This document shows positions 40,831-56,134 of a stretch of DNA of 64,000 nucleotides, in pieces. This stretch comes from Podarcis liolepis. Taxonomy: Eukaryota. The notes beneath the pieces were generated by a model, which was given only the letters and a program-made list of their open reading frames with translations, was not told the DNA's origin and searched no databases. The stretch lies in NCBI GenBank assembly GCA_965112155.1, contig OZ218099.1. One strand, written 5' to 3'. A program made the translations under genes and the position numbers. Position 1 is the stretch's first letter. Each line of letters opens with the position of its first letter.

Positions 40831-40969
40831 ATTACGCTCAAATAAACATACAAAACTAGTAAGAATAAGAATAATGCATATGGGTTTTTGGTACTATAAT
40901 ACCAATACAGCAACTGCCCTAGAAAGCAACTGAAAGTAAATCCTTTCTAACATTAGTGAAAAATATATA

Positions 40970-41629
40970 CCGTATTTTTCGCTCCATAGGGCACACCTGA
41001 CCATAGGGCGCACCTAGTTTTTAGAGGAGGAAAATACGGAAAAAAATATTTTGAATCAAATGTTGCACTAAACTATTTAAAGCAGCAAAGCGGGCGGCTC
41101 CTGTCCGCTTTGCTGCTTTAAACTGAGCCTCAGAGGAGGGTAGGAAGGGGAACCATGGCTTATCTAAGTCCAGTTAATAATGCTGAGCCTGCTGCATTTG
41201 CCAGCAGAGGATCCATGGTCCCCTTCCTTCCCTCCTCCGTAGTTGCATTGATGGAGGAAAGTGGGAGAGGACCTGCTTACAGGAGTGTAAGCTGCTCCCC
41301 TCCCACATTGCCGCTTCAAAGGGAGCCCGGGAGGAGGGAATCTGCTGCAGCTTCCCCCACCTCATAGAAAAGCCTGCAGGAGCCGCACAGCCTTTAAAGA
41401 GGGCGCCGCTCTTGGGGGCTTTTCCCCCAGGAGGGAGAAGGGACTGATGCGGCCAGTCAGTCCCTTCTCCCTCCTGGAGAAAAGCCCGCAAGAGCGCACA
41501 AAGCTTGTGTGCGGCTCTTGAGGGCTTTTCCCGCCTGCCTCCCCCCTGCATTCGCTCCATAGGACGCACACACATTTTCCCTTGCTTTTTAGGAGGGAAA
41601 AAGTGTGTCCTATGGTGCGAAAAATACGG
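40970..41629. mobile_element. Non-autonomous Tc1/mariner-superfamily element (660 bp)
   Basis: TIRs CCGTATTTTTCGC(T/A)CCATAGG, TA on both sides; GC-rich interior with 18-bp hairpin arms at 41076-41121; followed by (TACA)n. Confidence 0.87.
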
Positions 41630-42117
41630 TATGCATACATACATACATACATACTTGCATACATGGCAGAAGCTTACCAATTTGTTCTCAGATAGTGTAT
41701 TTAAAAGCATTTGTTTGTTTTTATCAAATAAATTATTGCCCTTCCAGCTGTACTGAAACTACATAGAAAGTGGGGACATTTTTAACAGCTAGGAAAATAA
41801 GAAGTGTATTCAGAGGGAGGGAGGGCTGGTTGCCTTTGTCCTCAGGTAGCAAAAGCCTTGGGGTAGCCCTGTGCTAAGACAGCCCGTGACATGGATCCAC
41901 TATATCCATCAATCCAAGGAGATGAGAGGTTGCTTGGATAGGGTGATGGGACTGCATGCTCAACCTCTAGTGCTCTTATACATACATGAACCCTCTACGC
42001 TGTGCACTCCTGTGACAGGTCTGGAGCCCTTGTTAACAAATAAAAAGAACAACAGTATCATTCTAATTGAAAGAATACCATTTGATTCATTTTGTCATGC
42101 TTTATTCCAAATTAAAG

Positions 42118-42277
42118 GTGTGCAACAGGAGAGGCTTGGCAGGAGATCATGTTGGCCTGCATGCCAGGAAAGCGATGTGATCCAGAGTCTGATTTTAACC
42201 CAGGAGAAGAATTCACATGTGGAAGCAATTTTGCCATTATTTATTTCATCAGTTTCTATATGTTGTGTGCTTTTTTG
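42118..42277 (+). CDS. CACNA1D: Exon 36 (160 nt): [53 protein letters not shown] (domain IV pore, IVS6)
   Basis: taaag acceptor, ttg|gtgagt donor. Confidence 0.96.
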
Positions 42278-42614
42278 GTGAGTCCAGAAGCTGGAACATC
42301 CTTAAGCACTGTGATTGGACAGAAAAGAATACAACCCTAGACCCCTTGAAACAACACGTGGTGGTGGTGGTGGGGAGAGGAGATTGCTCCATCTGGCAAG
42401 CCAAAATGTTTGCCTGATGGAATGATCACCTTAGCATGAAATTTAATTCCTGACTATAATTTGATGTGTGTGTGCATATATAAAAAAAAATTTCATTCAC
42501 ACACATTGAATCCCTATATATAATTTGATATATGTATTTAAAATTTTCACACACATTTCTGTGCACACACATATTAATAATTTGCATTTTTCGTGTGAGT
42601 ATAAATGTAATTAA

Positions 42615-42767
<153 letters not shown>

Positions 42768-42775
42768 TAAGTTAG

Positions 42776-43090
<315 letters not shown>

Positions 43091-44151
43091 TGAATTATAG
43101 CCACAGGCTCCTTTCAATCTAATGAAAACCAGGACTTCCTGTTCTTTGTCTTGACTCACTGATTTAGAACAAAATGTGGCTGTGAGTGGTAGCAGAAGAG
43201 AGTATAGGTGCAGCAAAGCTATATTGTCATTCCTTGCTCGCCAGCTTTGACGAGGAAGTAAACAATCCCCATCTGTACCTGTCTAGCCGAAGCTATGCTA
43301 TGCATGTAGAACCTTCCAACATATTTTCATGAATAATGGTGCCTGCTGCTGCTGCTTCTTGGAGGAATGCAGCATACGGCATACATTTGTTTATGATGCC
43401 ATTACGTTTCTGTATAATATTTGTCTTGTTGTAATGGGCTGGTTCAGACACACAGTGGTTTGGTGCTACATCAAGCTGCCATGCTTCAGCAGCTACAAAC
43501 AAAAAAAAATTGCCGTACTGAGTCAGTTCAGAAGTCCTTGCAGAGTGGAATTCTGCCACCAGCTAAGACAAGACAAATGTCCTTCAACTGCCCACAAGGA
43601 GGACATAATGAAGAGAACTAGCACCCTTTGGTTTAACCCAGAATCTGTTAAATAAGATGGTTTTGGAACAAGCAAGGTAAATAGGACCTGCATTATTAGA
43701 TGGGGCTACTTGGAACAAGGCTTACAATGAAAGCATGGGCATTTCAGATCGAAGGATCCAGAGTCATCTATGTGAAGTCACCTTTTTATCTTTAATCCAG
43801 ACCCAAATACTTGTATTTTGGGCAGTTTGGTAATAGATAAGCGTGTAGGCCAAAAGTATCCTGCCAAAATTTATTAGAGTACATTTAGAGCTCATTGATT
43901 TTGATGAAAGAGTTGAAAAGGAATCACCAAAGTTTAAAGCAATAGGACTTGCTTAATGTTGGCTGTATTGTGCCAGATATTCCCCAAATATTCATGCCAA
44001 GTATTAATTAAATGTGTAAAACCATAGGATACCAGCTATTTTAACATTCTAGTATTTGTGTTACACATATACCACATAATGTCTACAATAGATTTTGAGG
44101 ATCAGGCAGAATTTTTTTCTAGTAGGATAAGCCTCTAGTAGATTTTGCTAA

Positions 44152-44751
<600 letters not shown>

Positions 44752-45529
44752 TGAAAAGTTGTACAGACAGTTCTTCTAAGTGTTCCCAGGTGAGTCACTT
44801 GCCATATATCCCAAGCTTTGGGGGGAGGGGGGATATTTTCCTTTGCTCTCAAAAGCGTTATAAGGGAAACCTGCCTTGGACCGTCAAAATTATCTTGTTG
44901 CTTCTCCTCAGATGTCTAAGAAATATTATTAGCCCCTAACTATACAGTACTGCTGACTGCATTTGTGTACCATCCATCTTGTCTGGGTTCTACATTTCTT
45001 GTGCAAATGTAAACTTTCTTTACAGAAGTCAGACCTCTGTCTTTCTCGATCTTTAAGCACTGTTAGGTCAGTAATTCTCATGAGGATCATTGGCTTTTCC
45101 TTCATCACATACAGCGAAATAATTTTCAGAGAAAATTTTACACTTGGTGAAACATTGCCAACTAGTTTCCAGATGACTTTCTGAATCTACACTCTACTTT
45201 TCCTAAGAAATAGGAAAATTTTCTATTTCCACCCACAAAATTTTCTGAAACAAAAGGAGAGGATTTTGGGGAAAGGAGGGGTTTCATGTAAACCCACAGT
45301 TGTATCCTTTTCTGCATGCTGTTCATCCCCTGTTCACATTTGTCCCTAAATCTGTTCACACCACCCTCATAACTGCTCCAGGGGATTGGAGGAACCTACA
45401 CTTCTTCTGAGGAGTGAAGGAGAAGGATGGGAAGTTCCACTGTGCTCACAGAATGTCAGAATAACAAATCATAAAGGCACTGTCTTCACTCTGAATATAC
45501 TTCCTGACGTGGCCAATGAAAGTTTGTGA

Positions 45530-45877
<348 letters not shown>

Positions 45878-47174
45878 TAGTGAGATGATCTCATACATTT
45901 CTACATTTTCAATGCTTACATATTGATACAATTTTGAAAAAATACCATGGCACTAAAATCAGAATAATAGTGTTAATTAAATGATAAATTAAATTATAAA
46001 ATGCAAAAGCATTCATTAAATATTTTAGATGCTTATTTGCTAATTAATGTTGGGAAAACGTATCTCTATTAAATAGAAATATAAACATTTATTTTAGGAA
46101 GATAACATTTGAAAAAATTCTAAATATTGTGATTGTAAATAATTTATTTATGTGTAAACATTTCAGTTTACAGGTTTCAATATAATGTACTGCTAAATTA
46201 ATAGAGCCTATGTTCTGCTCTTATTTTTATTATTGAACATCCTTTTTGATTATGCTATCTGCAGGTAATGAAGTTAGTCCAAATTTGCACTAGGTCAGTG
46301 GACAATTGTGTGCCATTTTTTATAATGTATATATAGAGAGAGATAGAGAGTGAACTTTTTATAGTAAACAGTGAATATAGACTGAATATAGCCCATTTCC
46401 CTCCTCCAAAAAACCCCCAAACAGTTAAATATAACCAAGTTAATCAGGATGTACAGGGTACAGAATTAGTCTTCTGATTTTAATATATAAGCTAGAACTA
46501 ACTAGGTAAGCTATTATTAATTGTCATAAGACAGCATAGCCAAGATTTTATAATATTCTATATATGAAACATATACACCAAGATATATTTTTCTTCAGTA
46601 TAAAATAATGATGAACTTTTGATTGTAAGTGATGTTTTGACTTGCTTTTCATGTTTTAAAAGTGCAGAATCTGTTGCATAATGCAATCCATATCAGTCCT
46701 ATCCCAGACATCCAAGAGACCGATGCATTTCAGTTCATTATGTGGCTTCTTTTATAGCTTACTGTACTTTTATAGTGCTAACTCAGCTTTCAATATGGTT
46801 TTGGCTCAGGTATGGAAGTGACCCTGAGATCACTTCGAGTGGTAGAAGCTGATATCTCTCTGAGGGTGACATTCTCAGTCTCTAGGGGAAAGAGAGCAAT
46901 ACTGGCTGTCCAACTCTTCAGCATGGCGCAAGAAGGAGTATTTGCTTTGTTGCTGGAAGAGCCACTTGCAACTGGCAGCTCAGACTACAGATGGGATGAT
47001 GTCAAATCATATCTAGGGAAATCGAGCTGTCAAGAGAAAACCGATACTGCACATTTAAAACTACTCTGCTCTTTTCTAACCTTACACCTGAGTGCTTGCA
47101 TGGCCTAGATTAATTGCTTTGTTATTGTTGTAACTATGTGCTTGAGCTTTTTCTGCAGCCTCTATTCCTTTCAA

Positions 47175-47244
47175 CTATCAGTCTTTTCAGAATATTCTGA
47201 AGCAATTCTGTTTTAGGGTGGTGGCATGGAATTAGTGTTGCCTC
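47175..47244 (+). promoter_or_regulatory. Intronic editing-complementary sequence (ECS) for the IQ-domain exon
   Basis: 47190-47233 pairs ungapped with exon 41 50067-50110 (32 Watson-Crick + 7 G:U of 44), with flanking helices on both sides. Confidence 0.85.
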
Positions 47245-48571
47245 GGGTCAACTTGATTCCCCTTCTTTTTATTGAAATACAGACACATGCTTCAGAATAG
47301 CGAGCCGTGCCTTCCTAAATTAAGCACATGGAGAGCATTTGTTGAGTGTGCATCTAGAGAATAAACCATAATACATTTTCCTCTACAGAGTGCAATTAAA
47401 GGTTCAGCTCCATTTCATTGCTGCTTTCAAAGTGAATATTGATTTTCCATTTGCATAGACAGCAAAGTACAGTGAACTTGTCTAGAGAAAAAGAATAGAT
47501 AATGCCACTAAAATGCAGAAAACAGAACACTGCCAAACAGGAAGTCTTTCACAACTTTAGGCAAATTGCAGTGAAAAGGGAATAGACATTTTTGCAGCTA
47601 TTCATGCCTGGAAGTTGACATACAGGAAAAAATACATGGAAATGTAATGTTTTATTAAAAACACAAGACAGGAAAGCTGCAAAGTAAACAACAATGTGAA
47701 GAAGACTTTAAGAATTTTGGTTAGTAGGAGAAGTGTAAATACTCCTAAATAAATAAATTACATTTATTTAATTTTTAATGTACTGCAAAGGTTCCAGGAT
47801 TATAAAGAAATGCATTATATAAACCACGGGTTTTTCACAAACTTACATGATAGGTCAGATTCCTGCATTCACTTAAGTATTATCTCTCAAACAGGATGTT
47901 ATAGCTAAGAAAAAGCCAAATCCCTGGTTTTTTTGTGGTGAGCAGACTTAATAAAGGAATAATGAATCTAGCAAGATTAATCATTACTGACCGTAAACCC
48001 ATTTCCTTAATTTACTCATAATTTCCAAGAGGTTTACAATGTCAAATTACTTGCAAATCATCAGGTTCAGTTTAACACTGATTAATTAACACTGCTAATA
48101 TATGATGGAAACAGGAAGAAATGTCACTTAAGTACAGATTCCTTTCTTTTACCCCAAGGTTTTATCTAAATTCCCCATCCTTTAACCTTCAGAGGCCACT
48201 GAAGCCCATCTGCCACCCTCCTGTCTTCTCCCCAAACTTGTTTTGCTGAAATTCGTTCCATTGGGTTTTTCTTTTATGTTGATTTCCACTCTGTTTAAAG
48301 TATGATCACTTCTGCTCCACGGCTTTCCTTCACATATCTAGTTATGTTTGTCTTTCTCAAAAGTCTGGACAGATTTTGTACCCATTGCTGTCCATGAAAT
48401 ATATTGTGGGTATGTCACTTTTGCACCTAGCTTTTTAACAACATCCAGGAACTTGCAAACAAAGCTGCTTTGCAGATGTGAATTGTGTGTATGCCCACAT
48501 TTACACATGCATATATGGTGCAACACCCACCCCAACTTATGGTACAGATAACTCACATCTAACGCTTATTT

Positions 48572-48660
48572 CATAGAATCATAGAGTTGGAATAGACCAC
48601 AAGTGCCATCGAGTCCAACCCCCTGCCAAGCAGGAAACACCATCAGAGCACTCCTGACAT
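48572..48660 (-). mobile_element. CR1 LINE extreme 3' end
   Basis: catagaatcatagagttggaa...gagtccaacccc (reverse of the ATTCTATG tail). Confidence 0.8.
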
Positions 48661-50002
48661 TACGAGATTGCAGCTTTGGCTAACAAAAATGCTTCTTGGT
48701 CTTCCCTTCCAGCTTTTAAGACTTGATCCTGAGTACTGAAGCCCCTAAACTTGCATTGTAATCAATGGAGGTTTATAGACCATGTATCCTTTAATAAGGC
48801 ATGGTGAGAGCAGGCTCAATGATGCTATTTAAGAGTCGGAATGGAACAGACAGGGCTCCCAACCAAGCTCCTTCAAATCTTTTTGTTTCTTGTTTTCTTT
48901 CATAAGATATCCTTTAACATCTTCTAACATAACACATACCACACCAAATCCTATCAGGCCTTACCTGTTCTGGTATATGGTCAATTTCAGGGTTTATTGT
49001 TTAAAGCTATCTACAGTTTAATAATTTGGAATTGCAGATAATGTAAATGGATTAGTTTTGACACACAGACCTCTTTTAAATATAAAATCCATACTTGATA
49101 GACATAGGTAATTGAAACTGACATTTTAAAAACATATATTCCAGTGAAGTGCAGATATCCTTATCTGGCAATTGCCAATAATAGCAAATATAGTCCAATA
49201 ATTAACAATGTCCGCTCATCGTGTTTTGTCTTTTTAAAATAACCTAGCAGCACTAATACTGTCAGATAAATGTAAAAGCTAATGCATGCTGGATAGCATC
49301 TGTAATAACACTTAGTCTTGATATGAACGCTTCACAATTTACCTGCCTTATTAATGATCTAAGATAGAGTTACGTTCTATCTTTGCTGTTATTTTGGAAC
49401 CAATTACTGCCAAAAGAGAGTATTAAATTCTCTCCTAAAAGACTACCGAACTGGACTCTCAGGTGAAAGTTTACCAAATTTAGTCTCCAGGGTTTGCCCC
49501 CAAACTCTGGTTTCCAATGCCTGATATATTACTTAATATGAATATTGCCTGCTAGGTGTTCAGGGAGTGAGATAATTTATATGCCACTTTAATAGGTCAG
49601 ACAGAAACAATAATAATTAGATATATTTGAATTCACTATGGTGATAATTTACTTGAAAGGCAGCAAATATGAAAAGGCCCTCCTCATATTATAGTTTTTA
49701 TAACACTCTGGTTCAAACTGATCAAAGTTTGCATTTTCAGAGTCATGTAGACATTTGCATTTTAAAAGATAATCTTACTTCTTCGAACTTTAATAAATTA
49801 GCATCTTTTCCTTTCTTAGGAAATAGTTCACCTATCAACTGCTTCTACTGCCTAGCCTTGTTTGCCTGCTAAAACTGCTTTATGCTAGATTTAGTCTGCC
49901 TTATTATCAGCAACAACAACAACAACAACAAAAACCCTTGTGCCAATGGCACTGTCACATTTTTTCCTGATTTGGATAAGAGTATATATTGGCTACTAAT
50001 GA

Positions 50003-50197
<195 letters not shown>

Positions 50198-51167
50198 TAA
50201 CTAACCATGTTGCAAGTTTGTTGATAACAACAGGTAAATGACTGTGGGTGCCACAAGGACTGTATTTTATTGAGACATTTTGGGGTCTTCCGCCATTAAA
50301 AGGAGTAAACAATATTGTTCTGTATATTACAAGGTAAGTGTACCAAGCCTTTTTTTTTAAAGAAGTAGCAACTGGTAGCAGAAGCTCTATAATGTTTTCA
50401 AGTAGAAATTGTAAAGGGGGGAGTTAAGCAGCTCTTGAAAACGCAAACTTTTGGTTGACTATTTTATTTCATACTACTCTGCACAAGCCCCTTCTTTCTC
50501 CGAATATCCTAAGATCTGAAAAGCAGACAGTCAGAGGCACACACTGTAAGTAGAGTCAAAGTGGTTTGAACATAGTGTACGTTATCTCCCCCTGAAAGCA
50601 AATGTCTCAAAATACAATGATTCTATATTCAAAGCATTTGCAGTACGTGTTAGAATGCTTCATCTGGACATCAATAACAGACTGAAAAAGCTGAGAGGGG
50701 GAGACACCCTATTCTTATTAGCACCACCATGCAATATGTTTAGGAATGAATAAATACAGTTTCCCAGGAACACTGCTATGGGTGGGTGGATGTAAAAAGA
50801 AGCATTTTCATATCAGTACAAGCAGGTAGGTGGCATATGAATATTAAGTGCTTATTAGAATCCCATTTGTGTTCAGCAGAGGATAGGGAAGTGAAAAGGG
50901 CTTGGAGCCTTATTTTCAGAGAATAGTTGAGAATAACATCTGTCAAGTCCATGTTGCATCAACACTGGAGTTCTGTGGGATAGGGTACTCTGTGATTTTG
51001 TTTGTTTTGTAGAGTGCTGATCTCTCAGAGCTAGTGAGAACCATTTCAAGCCATTCTGCTTCTTAACCCACAATCTCAAAAGATCAAACTTTCCCCCTAA
51101 CAGTTTAAGCACTTTTAGACATAATACATACATGCCACTAGGATAAACTTCACTATGTAAGTGGCAA

Positions 51168-51168
51168 G

Positions 51169-51203
<35 letters not shown>
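51168..51203 (+). repeat. (GC)n(CA)n alternating purine-pyrimidine microsatellite
   Basis: Directly visible. Confidence 0.95.
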
Positions 51204-51205
<2 letters not shown>

Positions 51206-54200
51206 CTCTGCATTAAGTTTGAGGTAGAAACTAGCAAGATATTATGAAGGTTTTCTCCAAGCCAGAAGAGCTAGAAAGGTGCAGTATACTGGGTCATATA
51301 CATAGACCTGCATCTGATGAATTTCTGTACATTTGAATATTTTGAATACCACAGGGACCCTAAGCATGGCCTTTTTCAATCTGCTCTATGCCTCAAGACC
51401 ACAAGGGCCATCGAGTCCAACCCCCAATAGTTCACCTATCAACCTATCATTCACATGTTAGACTAGAGGCATCATCAGCATTAGGGTCATTGCCCAAGGT
51501 CACCTCCCCTATAGAGCTGTTGATGCTCAAACTCACATCAGTATTCAACTTACTCGTTCTAACAATGCAAGGATTTCCACTTGCACACTGGAACTTCCCC
51601 TCCCTTTCCTTTCACGTCTGTACTAGCAGGGTTTCCCCAGCCCTCCGGAGCAGATTTTGGGAAGGCACAGGGAACATGCAGGGTGAGGAAAGGGTGGGGG
51701 GAGCTGCATTACTCAGGAAGAAACGCTTGTGCAGATGGAATGAGATAGTTGGATGACACTGTCAGTTACAGCATTGTCCAGAGCGATGCTCTTTGGAAAA
51801 CCAGTTTCTTTTACTTTGTCTGGCTTGCTCTACAGCAGCTTCACTGAGTACTCTTTTTTGGTACTAATGTGAAGAAAAACTTCAAATAACTTTTCCCTGG
51901 TGTCTTTTACTACCTTGCTTTTATCTCCTCCCATCATATGCTCAGATATCATGTAAAAGCACACTAGCTTTTACGGAGAAGTTAGGTTTTTGTTGCTACA
52001 ACCTGTTTCCCGAATTCTTTCTATCCTTTCTGTGATGTGCTCACTCCACACCCTCCACTTAGTGCAACAGAGGAACAAAATCAGGGTGCGTGCTTCAGAA
52101 TGCTGGACGTCAACTGAAGCATTCTCTGTGTGGATATATATTTGTGTATGGAGGAGTGGCTCCTTTATTGTGTGATTTAGGGAGGTTTGCTATTACAGAG
52201 TTTGAGAACTACAGATCTCTTCTCCCACCCCTACCTTGGTCATACAATAAGAGCTATTGGACCTGCGGGACCACATGGATGTTAAAATGTTATTTTGACG
52301 TAAATACCTTGAGTAATATTTTTTCATGCAAATGTGAGCTAAATTGAAGATTTCATCATGGATCTTAGGAAGAAGATTGATTGGATGACTGCAGTTTATC
52401 ATTAACCCTACCCCAAGCTCTGTGGCTGATTGCCAAACTCTTCCAGTTGTAAAACAGCAATAGTTTCAGTTACAGAAAACCTTCTCAGATGTCATATAGC
52501 AAAGTTCACATATAAGATCTCAAGTGTCATACATAATATTCATATACAAAGTTCATATACAAAGGTCTTTGCTGGCTCTTACTCTGTTTCTTACTACCGT
52601 GAAGGAGTGTGCATAACCAAACTGGTTGTAACTGCTAAGGGTGCATGGCATCCTGAAACATTTTATGTGTTATGAGTCTTATTGTTTTTACTTCGTAGCC
52701 ACGTTGACATGGCATGGTAAGCCAGAAACCATGGCTCGCTGTGTTAAAAAACCATTATCCATAGCTTAGAGTTAGGACTGTGGTTTGTTTTCCTTCCCCA
52801 AAGAACACAATCTGTAGGCAAGATTTTATTTTATTCTTTTGATTACTGATCATGGTTTTTTGGAGCAAAACAAACCATGAGTTCTGTTAAGCCAGGGATT
52901 GTGGTTTGTTTCATCCATGTACTAGCACACAGTCCAAATAGACTCATTTGTGGTAAACCAGGAACTACCAGGGTTCTAAAACACATAGGTACAGGAGGCC
53001 TCATGCTTCCAACATTCACCGTCCAATTTACAGAGGACAACAGGAAAAATGGAGGGCAGAACTGGCATGCTTGTCCCCATAGTTCCCCTCACATCTTTAC
53101 TTAGCATGGTGTCAGAACGCCTGAAGAAGGCCCATTGCTGGATTTGAAAGTTTGTGTTTCATTCTGTACTGTTATTTCCCATGCATACAATCAATAATAT
53201 TTGTGGAGCTCTTCTAAGTATTCTGTGCCTTTTAATGTTCATTGATTATAAGAGATGCTTCAGTATGCTGCTGCTAGTGGTAAGCTTTATCAGCACTGGA
53301 TCACCTGTTGTCTAGCAGCAGACTGATCAAAATCAGGGATATGCGTGGGTTGAAATGTCTGCTGCTCTTTATGCTGTGGGAAGACCCAACATCAGAAACC
53401 GGGGGGAAATCCCCAGAGCCACAAGGAGACCAAGCCACTGTCAACAGGGGGGCATGCCAAGAAATGCAGGTTGTGGTACTCAGAATATATTAACAGACCA
53501 ATAGGAAGACTGGGCCTGAAGTGGAGGTGGATTTTCTCAACGAAGCTCTTTGAGAGGTGGGGAATCCCCAGAGCTGAAACTGGTTTGTGGTGAAGGGCCA
53601 GCCACTTCCCTGTTCTGTGAACTATAGCTGCAAAAAACCTTTACGTACATTGCAATAGCACATGCAAAACTACATGCCCATCAACACCATAAGGAAGTTT
53701 CAGGTAGTGTAGTTTCAAATAACAAAGTTCTGGAGAAAATATAACCATAATGACAACTGCAAAACGTAGATCAACTGTCAACAAAAATACAGTAACTCAG
53801 CTGGAACAGAATTACAGGGATAGGGTGAAGATAACATACGTATGTCTCCCACACCCTCACATGTTGTTTTCCTGGCTTTCAGAACACATGAATAGGGCTT
53901 ATGTTTAAGGCACTTCCTTATACTTTGTCTTAACTCAGCAAGTTAAGCCATGGAGTCACTGTATGTTCGAGATCTTAGCCAGGATTAAGGGAACAAACCA
54001 TGCTCCATGTTTACCTATGGTTAAGCATTATGTTTAGACTAGGCCTTTAAGGCTGCAACCATAAGTTCAGTGTGTGAGAGAGAACCGAAAGTGACTAAAC
54101 CACCACACGCAACATCTTGCAGGCAGGAAGATGGGCAAAGCAGAGCTGCTGTGCTCTTCCATCCTCCTACTCTCAAGAAGTATTTCAATACAACTCTAGT

Positions 54201-55789
54201 GGTATTGTATAGTTAGTAAGTATAGTTTTCTCCCTGATTTGGGGACCTATCGGGAAAGGGAAGGCTATGGATCTTTTGTATCCGTACTTTCCCCTAACCC
54301 ACCCAGGGCGTACCCCCTTTTGGGCCATACACGAGAGCAAGGCCACAGAATTTTCTGTGATGGGGAGAAGAAGCATCCAACACAGGATCTCTGTCTCCAA
54401 GGTTGTGCCTCCTCCACCATATGTCAGGGAGATCTGATGCTTGTTATGGCCCATGGAATGGCCTCCTCCAGACCCCAGAAGGTTGCAGGGCCAATAGCAT
54501 GAGACATTTGAATAAAAGTTAGTTCCAATCACAGAGATCTCAGAAACTAATTTTAGAGTGTCTACCATTTGTCTTCAGTATCAAGATAAGGGTTGGAACT
54601 AGATAAGGATTGAAAAGCACTTGATGGCTATAGTTTCCTTTTTAGAAAATCAGTTGCAGCAAGAACATGTTAAAATTAGTTTGGGTTGAATTATTTATTT
54701 GATGGAATCTTTTGTGAAGGGATTTTCGTTTTCTGAATATAGATGAATTGCTCTCTGTAGTTCAGTATCTATTGGTTCCTATATCGAGAAGTTGGTGATA
54801 TCATGTCTGTTTGTCTGTCTCTCTCTCACACACACAAACACACACACACAATTTTAGCCGTGAGGTAAAGTTTCTTAGACAGTCAAATGAAAACTGAAAC
54901 ATCATGGAGATTTGCTAGTTGCAATAGAAGAAGTCTAGACCTCTAAAAAAATACTGCGATTTAGGCCACAACTTTTATACAAAAGTTACATTTGTGGCCT
55001 GTTAAACCACCAAAAAATGTAACTACTGATCCATATGAAAACAATCTGTTTGATGCTGTGTGGATGAACCACTATGCTTCTCTGCCACTAAATGAAGTTT
55101 CATGTTTCTCCAAAGTACAGTTAATACATGGTTTATAGTTGATAATATAAATCAAATTACAACTTCTTCAAAAACAGCTGTGTCATTACATTCTTTCTTG
55201 AGAACACACTACAAAAATAAGGGGCAGTATTCAACTAAATTTTAGACCCATTGAAATGAATGAACATGACTGAATTAGGTCCATTAACGTCACTGGGTCT
55301 AAATAAAACATAGTTGACTTTTAATAGATTGATATCTCTCATAAGGCGACATCCATACAATCACACCCTACCACAGTATCAATACAAATCAACAGTAAAA
55401 CACATACTTTAGAATACCAACTGGAAGGCCATGTGGAAATAAAGCCCAAGCATGTTCTTTAAGATTTAACCAATAGTTTTATATCCCACTTATGAGCAAC
55501 AGCTCACAGGATAAGGTGGTAAGATCATCTAATTCACCATCTTGCATTGGGATCCTCATTCCAGTTCTGTTGCTATGTTTGTATGCTTTATCTAGAACCT
55601 AAGGAACAAATAAAGTAAAGGTAAGGTAGCCATGATAAATTTTCTTAGACCTGGTTCTTATGCTCACTTAAAACACTCTTCTCATGGTTATTAATGATGG
55701 AGTATTAATGTTTGTATGTTCCCATCTCTAGACCACCCTAAGCCACTTTGGGAGAAAGGATGGGATATAAATAATACTAAATAAATCTA

Positions 55790-56134
55790 CAGTGGTGCCT
55801 CGCAAGATGAAATTAATTCGTTCCACGAGTTTTTTCATCTAGCGAATTTTTCGTCTTGCGAAGCATGTTGTCGGGAAAGTTTTGGAAAAGCTTCAAAAAT
55901 CGCCAAAAACCTCAAAAAAGGCTACCACACCGCGTTCTATGAGTTGCACCTCGAAGTCAAGTCGCAACTGTATTAACGGTGTTAAGAAAAAGGAAACAAA
56001 CTTGCAAGACGTTTCCGTCTTGCGAAGCGAGCCCATAGGGAAATTCGTCTTGCGAAGCAGCTCAAAAACCGCAAAACCCTTTCGTCTAGCGAGTTTTTCG
56101 TCTTGCGAGGCATTCGTCCTGCGGGGCACCACTG
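55790..56134 (-). mobile_element. Tc1/mariner-superfamily MITE (family copy 2, inverted)
   Basis: Reverse complement of 10694-11038; TIRs and TA duplication. Confidence 0.92.

Noticed and set aside
41155-41756. Overlapping ORFs and CpG-rich patch as a CpG-island promoter or gene
   Set aside because: Explained by the interior of the 40970-41629 DNA transposon.
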